Shown here: in pieces, positions 1 through 10,693 of the stretch
Layout of the letters: the number at the start of each line of letters is the position of its first letter
Position numbering within the stretch: position 1 is the stretch's first letter
Assembly: GCA_026026165.1 (NCBI GenBank)
Contig: JAPEUD010000019.1
Span: forward strand, 62,001 to 126,000
Direction of reading: 5' to 3'
Origin: Sarea resinae
Lineage: Eukaryota
DNA: 64,000 nucleotides
Position numbers and translations under genes: made by a program
The notes under the pieces: generated by a model
Told to the model about the DNA's origin: nothing
Database searches by the model: none
Seen by the model: only the letters and a program-made list of their open reading frames with translations

Positions 1-181
1 AGTCTTGTTTGTGCTTCGTATGGCTCACCCCCTGGGCCACGGGGTCTTCGGCATCTTCACCGGAAGCGTCACGAGAGGATGGCTGGAGTAAATCGGCGGT
101 CGAAGGAACGCTGGCTGTTGGCAGGGTCGAGGTCCTTTTCCGCTTCACCGAAACCATATCGGCGGACGAGGTTGAACTCAT
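1..181 (-). CDS. 5' end of a gene running off the window; N-terminus resembles fungal choline-phosphate cytidylyltransferase
   Basis: ATG at 181 reads MSSTSSADMVSVKRKRTSTLPTASVPSTADLLQPSSRDASGEDAED... and stays open to position 1. The KRKR...LLQPSSRDASGE segment matches my recollection of Pezizomycotina PCT1 N-termini. The catalytic domain is not in the window. Confidence 0.55.
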   Translation of the reverse strand, partial: MSSTSSADMVSVKRKRTSTLPTASVPSTADLLQPSSRDASGEDAEDPVAQGVSHTKHKQD

Positions 182-1697
182 GTTGAGTAACTGTTGTTAT
201 TATCGTCAATGTTTTATGGTCCTTGAGGGGCGACCGTGAACGTTGGTCAAGGACGGTGGATCGAGCGAGTGTATGTGACGAAATGGTGGCAGGATTCTTT
301 AGGACGGGGAATATACAATAATACTGCCAGCAAAACAGATGATTGCACCACTGTCGGTAGGTCCAAGGTCGGGTCGGATGACGTCCCTGCTTCTCCCGCA
401 GCGATGGAGTCTGGCAGATTGAATGGGTACAGGCAGGGAAGGCTTCCCCTTAGACCGAGAATGCCATGGAAAAGAAAAGATAATGGATGGTGGCTTTCAA
501 GTGAGGAAAACAAGTTCAAGGATGCGGCAACGGAAGACTGGCAGGAGAGATGTTGATCCAGGCGCGTAGGCCAAGGGAATTGGAAGGGTCCTCGAGTTCA
601 GGAAGTGGAATTGCGGTAGAAGAGGTTGCACGCCGGTACAGAGTGCAAAGTATACTGGACTTGTTTCTATTGGGCGAAGACGGCGTCGGTCGAGTCTCTG
701 GTACGAGTGGCCATGATCGCTCTCCACTCTCTAATTGACCTTACCTTTCCTACCTAGGTACCTTTCATTTCACGAGGCAACTTCTCGCTTCCCACTTTCT
801 CTCATTCTCGATGTTGTGCTATCAGTAGACGGCCTGGCACCGCCTACCACCTACGTAGTATGGTCGAACACGGTCAAAGTACGGAGCAGGTCAACAGTAG
901 TCCTCCAGCTCATCGAGACTGAAGGTGGGCTACGACTCAGCTAGGAGTACCTTGTGCGCGAAGTATTCGTTTCGAGTGCAACGTCATCATCTTCACACCA
1001 TCTGCCGGGGCTTGGGACAGGAGGTAGTGCTCGTTTTCGGGATATCTGGAGGGGCATCCATCACACGGTGAAGCGTGAAGAGAGAGGATGATTCACCGAG
1101 GCGAAATTGCGGTACCCATTTCTGGGGAGATGCATTGCATGTCTAGCTGCATTGGCGGAAATAACTGACGCGGAAACAGAGACAAAGGGGGGTAAAATAA
1201 AAGGGCAAACGGAGAAAAAGTACGGAAACGGTAACAATGCACTCGCTGCCATGGCGAGGAGGATCAGGTAAGCTGTAGGTGTGCGATGCTTGGCGAACAG
1301 GCAGGCAGGTGCAGAACTATTCCCAAACCTAACAGGAACCTGCGACACGTCCCCTCGACCCCCTCCATCGAGACGTTTTTAGGGCTCATGATGATGACTT
1401 CCTACACCGAGCCCACTCATCAAACACCTCAACAGTCCCATCAGTCATACAGCTCCTCCCCTTTCGCTAAGCAGCGCTGGAACCTGAAAAGAAAAGCGGT
1501 ATCACGCAATTGCCTGGATGAGACATCCCACAGGAGAGCACATCTTCGTCGTAACACCGGATATCGTTGCGAACGTCAATCCTGATCCCGGGAGCCATCG
1601 CCCAACGTGTTCAATCATAACTCATAGCACCTATCCAATGACTCGAAACCAAACAGCGCCGGAGCACTTCCGGTCAGAGTCGGACCCTGAATCAAGG

Positions 1698-3586
1698 CTA
1701 CTTGTCTTTCGGTGTGGCAATCTTCGAAGGTAGGCGGCTGTCCGTGACGGGGTCTATCTTGGTGTCAACTGAAGGGTCAGATTTGTCCAAGGTCGTCGAC
1801 ACTGGCGAGCTCGTCAGAGTGGCCGAAGAAGTGTCATTTCCAGCGCGCTCGTTGGCAAAGTTTGGCCCCGGCGTTCCTTCTCGTTCGTTTCGTGCGTTGC
1901 TGTCATCAAAGTTCTGCTCGTCGCCTGAGCTGCCCTGGAGTTTGCTGACTTGACTCTCGAGATCTTTGTCCTCTTCGGCATGGTCGAACATTTCTGCGTC
2001 ATCAGAGTCTGTTAGGACTTCTGTGCCATCCCCGAGTAGGATGATTCTACCAGATCTTGCGCCCAGATTTCTCGTTCTTGCATCGAGATCCATCTCATAC
2101 TCATCTGAACTCGTTTCGAAATGGTGGTGCAGACCCGGCCCGCGGAATTCAGCTTGAAGGGGGTTAGCTAACATCTTCATAAAGAGCGTGGAAGAACTTG
2201 CCGTACTCTGGCGGAGCACAGGGGCCATCGCCATTAGCTACCCTCTCTCCAATCTTCTTGTACCATTCTTCCTTAGTCTGTCCTCTAAGAAGGCCAATAA
2301 TTATCATGGTCATGTTGTCACATCCAACGCCGCCCGTTTCGCTGTTCGAGGCCAAACAGTTATCCATCATGTTCTCGCAAATAGCAGAGAGGTCCTGCTT
2401 TGCGGCAATCCCTCGTCGAACGAATTCAACGACTGCTTGTGAGGACTGACAATCCCAGATACCTGTAACGGAAGACGATGAGCTCGTGAGTGAACCAGTT
2501 CTCGGAACAGGGATGACCTACCGTCACATGCAATGACGAGAAACTCATCATCGTCGGTAATTTCATGAGTCACGACGTCGGGGAAGGCTGTCACAATCTG
2601 TTGCTCAGGCGACAGCTCCGCGCTCTTCTTGAACTCGAAGTCACCGAGAGCTCTGGAGAGGGCTAGATTGCCATTCACACGGCCAAAATCGACAAAGCCG
2701 CCAGCCGCACAGATTCGCGCTTTCTCGCCTGAAATCTGTTAGTGATGGGGAGAAATCAAATCTTTATAAAAAAAAAAGCACCTACCCTCGTTTTGGGGTT
2801 TGTGATCAAAAGACAAAGGCTTTGCCCTTCCCTTGACTCCGAGTACGGACCGCGAATCGCCAGCATTGGCCTTGATGGAAAATTTAGCAAAGAAGCCGTC
2901 AATGGGTTCTCCCAAGCAGGCATACCACATAGATCTTATTATCCGATATTATGCCCACGGAAGCAGTGCATCCAGACACTTCCTCCTCGTACTTTGGATC
3001 TGTGTCATTTCTTCAGCCCTGCCTTCAGACCAAAAGCCATGAATAGCCTCACCGTTCAAGATTGCCCGATCAGTGGCCAAGAACCCATCCTTCAGCGCCT
3101 GCTCGATATCTCCCTTTTTGAAAGCCTCCTGCTTCGCAATGATGTTATGAGTGTTTTCGCCCGCAAAGAGAGCAACCTTGTCGCCACCATGTCCATCGTA
3201 GACACCGAAGAAGCATAACTTCCCTTTCCCGGTCGAGCCCTCGTCGCCTTCAGGTACCAGGTCGAGAATGGTCGCGTGTGCATCCTCCATGCTAATCCGC
3301 CAACCCTGCATGGCAGAGATGCCGTACAGGACTCGGGCATTTTGACCCCGATCCGAAGTCTGCGATGGTCCCGAGTATTAACATTAGAGCCCATCAGAGT
3401 ACGATTGCAAACAAACGAGAGGGACTGAAGGAGCGGCTCTGCCAGGAGTCAAGCGTGGTGAGATCAGAGACTGCCGTCAGGCCACAGCGTCTGGCGAGCA
3501 CCACTCGAAGCGATAGGACCTGGACGGAGCCGAACAGAAGTTGCACGCACCTTCTCGACTACGGGCTCAGAGAGCGTCTGACCCAT
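1698..3586 (-). CDS. PTC2: Protein phosphatase 2C, Ptc2/Ptc3 type (7 exons)
   Basis: Exon 1 (3586-3551) is [12 protein letters not shown]. Motifs: [81 protein letters not shown]. Splice sites were traced by eye; the last intron (2153-2201) is GC-AG. Confidence 0.95.
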
Positions 3587-5492
3587 GATGGCAAATGAAT
3601 GAGTCTTCAGGGAATTGTATGTTTGGAGGTGATGATCTGGCGCGAGGTGGGAATTGATGGTGTCGAATTAGCCGTGGTGGGGCCTGGGGGGTATGACGTT
3701 GCAGCGTGGTGAAAGAGGGCAGGATGAGAATGAAGTCCAGCAAGTCGAAAGTGCCAGTCAGACGCAGATGAGAGAGGACACAGCAAGATCCTAGACGTTC
3801 CAGCGACGCGTGTGAAGTCTTGTCGCGTGAGGAACGGGAGAGACTGGTGACGGAAGAAAGACCGAGAGGCGCACAGGAAGAGCAGCAGTCGAGCAGAGAG
3901 GGCAGAAATGGAGTAGTGGAATCGAGTGAATACCCGCACACCTCTATCGAGAATGACTTGTACCCGCCCCGGCTATTTGCTATGGCGGAGGTACTTCGTA
4001 CCTCGACTATCGCCTTTTCTCCAGCTCACCATGGGGGGGAGGTATGGAGGGACGTACGAAGTATCTGCATTCGCTACTGCCCTAACAAGCAAGCAGAACC
4101 ACGGCCGCAGAGGTACCTACGGTGTAGGCGGGCAGGTAACAGCGGGCAGGTTACTGCGCAGTACGAAGTAATTCGTAGGTCGGGAAGGTTGGCATCAGTG
4201 ATCGTTGATGGCTGACGAGGGGCTCTCCTCCCCAACCTGAATGTATCACTGGAGCACGAAATGGATGCTGCCTGGCTCCCTTCATGAAGAGCGACTACGA
4301 TCAGAAAAGGTCTTACTCTCCCTCAATCATTGATCCATTGTCACAGGATGACTGCAGGTCGGTAGGGAAGGGAGGATTGGAAGGTATCTCCTGGCGGTCC
4401 CATCATTCAACTTCTTCAGACCTCCGACCTACCTAATCGTATGCATCTTACCTGACTACCTTACTCTCTTTGCCCCTCAAAGATGCACTAGAAGCTAGAA
4501 TGCAGAGATTTGAAGAGCACGCCTTCAAGCGAGGCCGCGGTACGAAGTACGAAGTACGCGGTACCCCTGGTACCTGATGTGCGAAATACCGTGTCTGTGT
4601 ACTTCATAGTGAGAGTACCGTAGTAGTCATCATCATCATCATCGTCATCTTCATCGTCGTCGCGCACTGATCTTCCTCCCTTCTTCCTCCTCCAGCTGCT
4701 GACTGCCTATCTACCTCTACGGTCTGTACTCTCCACTGTACCCCTAAGCGACAGACGGCCCATCTGGACCGAGGGGGGTCGAGTTCGAGTCGAGCCTAAG
4801 GGTCCGACTCTTCGAATTCTTCCATCCATTCATTCCGCGCCTCGATCTCCTTCTCTAGCGGGGCTTGCCGGCGCATTGAGCCGCATTGCTACAGGTAGGT
4901 GGTACTCTGTACGTCAACCGACGTGGAAGAGGCGCTCTGATCAAGGGATCAGGAGGAGCCTACAGGATATATAGAGCAGCCAAGAGACTGGCAATGCCAA
5001 GAAGCCAACGGTCCAGCGTTCGAGGCCCTCCAGCCCGCCCTTGGCTGTGACCGTTGAGAGATGTGGACCACCTCCGTAAGGGCCGGGACCTTCCCGATAC
5101 GTTCTATCTCTTGATCTACCCTGTGCGCTCTTGCCGTGCTTGACGCCTCCCCAGATTCAGAGAGCATTAGCTTGATACTTATCTCAACCCTCAAAAGGAG
5201 GCTTCCAGGGGATCATGCGACATATGCAGACTGATATTGTGACTTTGATCGTCTTTCGTAGCTATGCTGGTCGATGCGAAAATTAAGGGACTGACTGGTC
5301 TGGCCGTCTGGGGGGTGAACTCAAGTTGAAGAGTTATGTAATAGGCAGGTAGAGTAGGTATGCCACAAGAAATAGCGAATATAATCATCCCCAGTGCAGT
5401 ACAGTGACGGCTAGTATCACAAAGTTTTATACATCCAAGCAAAAGAACCCTTGCAAAAACAATCGAACATTTTCAAAACCCCCTTGTCCTCT

Positions 5493-6232
5493 TTAAGCCC
5501 TCTTCTCTTTGACTGCCTCTCCCTCTACAACATCCATTTTCTGAAACGTCCTGATCAGCTCCTCCAATTCCTTCTCCCCATCCTTCCTATACCGCGTAAC
5601 CTTCTTCACGTTATTGGAGGTTAGTTCCGTGACCCCCCTCTCGTCGCCTCTCTGCCGCGCCAGTGTTGCTGCCGTCATCGCAAATCGCATATCCTTAGGT
5701 CCATCAACAAGCTCGAGGATCGCGGACGGTGCTTGGTCTGGCTTTAAGGGCTCGATTCGGAGCACACGCGTGTAGCCGCCTGGGCGCTCTAAGTAGCGCG
5801 TTCGGAGGGGACCGAAGAGTTTGGGCATTAGGTCGTGGGGTTTCTGGGAGAGGAGACATGTTAGTATGGTGGTCATGGTTAGAAAAATGAGGAAAACCCG
5901 TAGGCACCAGTTGCTCCAACTCCGGTGTTCGAGTGGTTCAGAGTTGGCGTGCCAATCGCAGAAAAGAAGGCCTGGAGCGGGCCGGGAATGCGGACGAGGA
6001 TAAGGAGTAGACTTACGAAGAAAACACGAGAGGCGTTTAATCTACTCGTCTCTGTGTTCTTCTTCGCCATCGTGATAAGTTTCTCTGCCAGCCGTTGTGC
6101 CTCTTTCGCCTTCGGCCACGTCGTCGATATTGATTCGTGCTCGAATAGGGAGGTGACGAGGTTGCGAAGCAGAGCTTGCCGATGCGAGGACTTGCGGCCT
6201 AGATGCCGGTATTTCATCGCGCCACCGGCCAT
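5493..6232 (-). CDS. MRPL17: Mitochondrial large ribosomal subunit protein bL17m (2 exons; intron 5844-6016)
   Basis: [38 protein letters not shown] and [14 protein letters not shown] are L17 signatures. A GTAAGT...CTAAC...CAG intron joins the two ORFs in frame. Confidence 0.95.
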
Positions 6233-6810
6233 GGTGAGGGTTGGTTGGGAAGATTAGGATTGTGTGCGAGCTGAGGCGGTAATGGGAGATGTCTAGAATG
6301 TGTAGCGCCCAACGAAGAGCGTAGGGCGAGGGCGAGGTCTAGGTTGATTGATGGCAATGACAATGTCGACTCGATGGCTACCGCCTGGTACCTTGACTGG
6401 GGAGAGATCCGATTTGAGAAATATGATCGCTGGCCACTGGTTGAGCTGAGCTCGCTGGTTCTCCGGAGCGGTCGTAGATGTTCAAATGTATGTATTGGGT
6501 GAGGCAGAGAGGACTCGTCCCGTCCAAGCTCCAAGTTTCTTTTGGCGATTTTCGGCCGAACCGCTTGGCGAGGATCTCCGGACAGTGGAACTTCGCGCGG
6601 CTATGGAGGGATCCTAGCGACGTCTCTCGACTTACGCTCTCCATATATCCAGCACACATCAAAACAACAACAGCATTGTGCGCTACTAGAACTCCCCAGG
6701 ACCCATCGAAGGCCTGACAGCGCCACAATATAGGCGCATAATTCGCTCGCGCGAGCCATCAGCGATTCTGCCCCGATCTGAGTTCGCTCTCAGCAGCACC
6801 GGCCCCAGCC

Positions 6811-7311
6811 ATGGGCTTCACCAGCGCCTTCGTACGTTCCCAATCTTCCCACAACTCCCTTGGGCAGGCAGCTACATGACCTGAGTGGTCCAGATCTCCA
6901 AGTGTCCAGTGAATACAAATTGTTAGAGAGATCGACTAATATCGGTCACAATTCTAGCTATCCTCCGCCACCCTCACAACGGGCGTCCTCTACCTTACAC
7001 TCACAATTCACCAGCGCAACCGTGCTCAACAATCGCTCCTCTTGCGCCAACAAGCGCAAATCCTCAACGGCATCATCGATCCACAAGCACCCCCGCCACC
7101 GCCGTCCGCGCGAGTCGAGCAGGCCGGGTGGCTTGAATCCGCTAAGGATCGATGGAACGAGGAGTTAGCCGAAGCAGTGTGGAGACTGCAGCATGTGGAT
7201 TGGACAAAAGTGAGAAATGACACCGAGGATAAGGTTGCTACGGCTTGGGGGAAGATGATGCAGACGTCGAGGGAGGAGGCCAAGCAATTAGAGGAGAGCA
7301 GTAAATCATGA
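6811..7311 (+). CDS. MIC12: MICOS complex subunit Mic12/Aim5-like (exon 1 6811-6831, intron 6832-6957)
   Basis: Spliced product MGFTSAF-LSSATLTTGVLYLTLTIHQRNRAQQSLLLRQQ...KDRWNEE...DWTKVR has an N-terminal TM segment and the DRWN motif typical of fungal Mic12. GTACGT donor, ACTAAT branch point, TAG acceptor. Confidence 0.8.
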
Positions 7312-7748
7312 TACTATACGAAAGAGGGGCACTGCCTTCGTGTAGAAACCCGTCATGTTTATACAGTGGAGGTTGCAGAACATCATCTCCCGTCAGTAGC
7401 TGCAGCTTGAGCACGCTAGAGTGAAATCTTTGGATGGGCGAGAAGACGACTTTAGGGTTGCTACGTTGTGTGAGCACGATCTCGTGTGGAAAGTTCTGGG
7501 ATATGCAGTGCGTGAGCACCCGTACTCTGTACAAGTCTAATACAACTCTGAATCTAGACCACCACTTGACTCTTTAGAAATCGTGGGACCGTCAAAGAAA
7601 AACCACGTAGGATAAGCACGTGAAGAGGGCAAGGCCATATAAACAATCGAAACTCATCAACAAGGTATCATACTCGTGGCAGCAAAGAAGGAAAAAGGGG
7701 AAAGCAGATTTCGTAGCAAGAAAGGTAGACGATCGATCATGCCCTTGC

Positions 7749-10693
7749 TCAACCAATACTTCCCAGAATCATTGCAAGCACTACTCCGTTGGCAACGCAA
7801 ATGATTGCAAAGATCGACAAGACGAGGATCCTGTGCATCCAGCTTAAATTGTCTTTCCGGACAAGCATCATTCCTGTCCCAACAACGGCAAAGGCCAGGC
7901 TCGTAGTGATGCCCGTCATCACACCTATATCGACCGTGATCTTTTCTCTATGCCGGCCTGTGACAGCCAAAATAGATACGATCGAAAGAATGATGATAGA
8001 AGCGAGGAAACAGCCAGCATATGCCCGGAATATTATGACCTCCCCGTAGAATGGCCCATGGGGATCTTGCTCGTAGGGAAACGTAGAGTACTGTCTACGT
8101 GGTGAGGTGCCATTTTCCGTTGATGACGCTTCATCTTCGGCCTCCAAATCAGACTCACCAACGCCTGGACGCCGGGATTGGCCGCCATCGAGCAGTGGCC
8201 GTTGTTCACCATCTCTACGCTTCCAGTGCAATAAAGCGCTCCCCTTTGCTGTAGACGCAGATGCCATTCGAACGATGGCATCACTAGCGCGAGACAAAAT
8301 GGACCGACCGGGAAAATCCACTGATTTACGAGGGTCGACGAAGATCGTATAAGGTTCATCATTAGCAGAGTCTTCTGGACTGTCATATTCGTTCCAATAT
8401 CGCTGTTGTGAATTCCGGGTCTGCAGAAATTCTTGCTCTTGTATGGGATACTGTCGCCGAGTTTTACGTTTCTTTTCGTATGCGCGTGTAGGCGTGCTTT
8501 CGAACGCATCGGGCACAGACGTAGCCGATGATTCGATAGCAGGAGCCGAGGTACTATTGCTGGCCAGATCGTTAGTACCAGAAGTGGTCGACGTAGATGC
8601 TGTGCCTGTTTTCGGAAGCTCCACAGCTGATCTCGTAGAGCGGGATCCAGCTTTAGCTCTCTCCGGAATCTTTCTGATATCTCGCTCAAGAGCATGAAGC
8701 TGCCGCTTGTTAGCTTTTCTTCACAACACAGCAAAGTCTAAACGTACCCAGAAAGGTGGTGACAGATCTTTCGGCTTGTAGAGCATGGCAATTGCATGTG
8801 TCTCAAGGTCAAAACCCCTGACGCGCTCGGTCTATGTGCTGGTTAGCCGATAATGTAAATATTTTCCCGAGAGACAGCATGCACTGACAAGGTGGCTCTG
8901 GTCTAAAGACCTAATGAGGTCGAGTGCGCTTTCGAATTCCCACCGTACTTCGAGAATTGCGTGAGGAAACTCCGTAGGCTCATCCAAGTGGCCGTTGGTT
9001 TCGGTGGCAGGTAATTCAGAACCAGGACCAAGCTGATTAAGGAGGGCTTTGTCCATTACGATGTCTTGGTCCAACACCGCACACACTGTATCTGTTGAGG
9101 TGTTTCCTAATCCGACGTAACGGGCACGCTGAGATCGTATGTGTACCAGAGGATGTAGCACTTTGTGTTTCGAATACCATTCTCGCACTTGAGTCAGGGT
9201 ATCCTGGTCGAGAGTGTTTACCTCAGTGAGAATTTCGTGGGGCATCTGTTGAGGGGAAGGCGTTGGCGGCTTGGCGTCTGTATCGAACAGCGGTCTCAAG
9301 TATTTCCGTTTGAGCTTCATGACTCGGATACTGCGCTCCTGTTCGTGTTCGAGCTCGTCGAGTTTTTCCATGTCCGTACGAACAGCAACAGTAGCATCGT
9401 TGCCCGATGCCCAACGCACACTCACTGTCGCCTTTTCGCATGACCGACCCCTACCATCCCCGGCCTCACTGATGGTAGAGCCGCTCTGAGACCGACTGAA
9501 ACGTTCGAGGTCATCGAAAATCATGAGATGAGTATCCTCATCCTTTTGTCTTGACAAGTGACTGCCGGAATATGAGCTGTTCCGTGAAAGGCCCGGACTG
9601 AGAGAAGGTGTACCAGACATTCGCCGATCCGTGTGCTTCAACCTCATATGCTGCAGTAGTAGGACTTGCAGGCCCACAAGATTGTCTCGGTGAACCCAAT
9701 AGATCGCCTTGCCTGCTTTACTTCCCAGAGGCAGCGTTGCGAGGGCGGTGTCGAATTCAACATTCGATTCGGCGTGGCTTGCGCTCTGCATCTGAGTAGC
9801 GTACGTACTTTCTTCCCGGTGCACGTCATAGGTGTCGTTAGTTCTTCGCCGCGAAGGAGAGAGAGACCCTTCTAGGTTGGATCCGGTATCGCACGGCGAT
9901 AAGGTACTAAACAGTGTTCTCACAGCGGCAAGAACATCGGTCCATTGTGCAAGTAGAGGCTCGAAATCCTCTTCAGCAAAGGTCGTTGGCTGGTTCAGCA
10001 CCTCCCGAGCGAACCTCTGTCCAAGAACTGCTGAACCAGTCCATTTCCTGTACTTCTTCAGTAGCTTTTGGAAAGCGAGGCGTTGTGCTCCTAGAAATCG
10101 AGAAAGGGATCTAATTTCTTCTCCAGTCCTGCAAGGTGGTAAACGGTGAGCATGAGTATCTGGTAGACCAGTTTTTGGGAGACAGATGCGTACTTGAGGA
10201 CATCTCCTTCGAGCTTAGAGAGCCTTTCTAAGCGTCTCATCGGTATTTTGTTTCTCGTCGATCGAATGTCTCTCTCGCCGAGCTGGCCAATGACCTTCTG
10301 AAGATGCGCTGCGGGAAAAAGAATTAGATTTGAAGCGTAATAGAAGGAAGGTTACGAGGATTCACGTACCTAGTCTCCGCGAGATCTCGCCAGACTTGCT
10401 CCGCACAAACAGGTTGATTCTCTGGTGCTGTTCGCACAGCTCCGCATAGAGATCATTCTCGAATTCCTGCAATGCTTTATCATCACCGTGGCTGCTTCCC
10501 GGGATCACGATAGCCTGGGCGTGATCTTTGGTTGTTCTCGCTTTGATCAGTTGCTTGATCTCGTCGTAATCCACGTTATCTGGGCAGACATAATGTCAGC
10601 ACCACGTCAAGGGGGATTCTAGAGATCGGAATAGTACTGACAAGGGCCCCATTCTGGTATTGATCGCTGCTGCAGCGATTCGCCATATTTCAT
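7749..10693 (-). CDS. SPX domain + VTC-like domain protein with two C-terminal TM helices (6 exons)
   Basis: Starts MKYGESLQQRSIPEWGPYNVDYDEIKQLIK (SPX helix 1) and contains INLFVRSKSGEISRRL and AFQKLLKKYRKWTGS. VTC-like segments YWVHRDNL, FPHAILEVRWE and ERVRGFDLETHAI follow. Two hydrophobic helices at the C-terminus. Five GT-AG introns keep the frame. Confidence 0.85.

Noticed and set aside
4775..4820. GTTCGAGTC B-box-like sequence as a tRNA or Pol III gene
   Set aside because: No cloverleaf or correctly spaced A box could be built.
8745..8790. Suspected frameshift in the short exon of the SPX gene
   Set aside because: Re-reading gives AAG CCG AAA GAT CTG TCA CCA CCT TTC TGG (KPKDLSPPFW), which is in frame.
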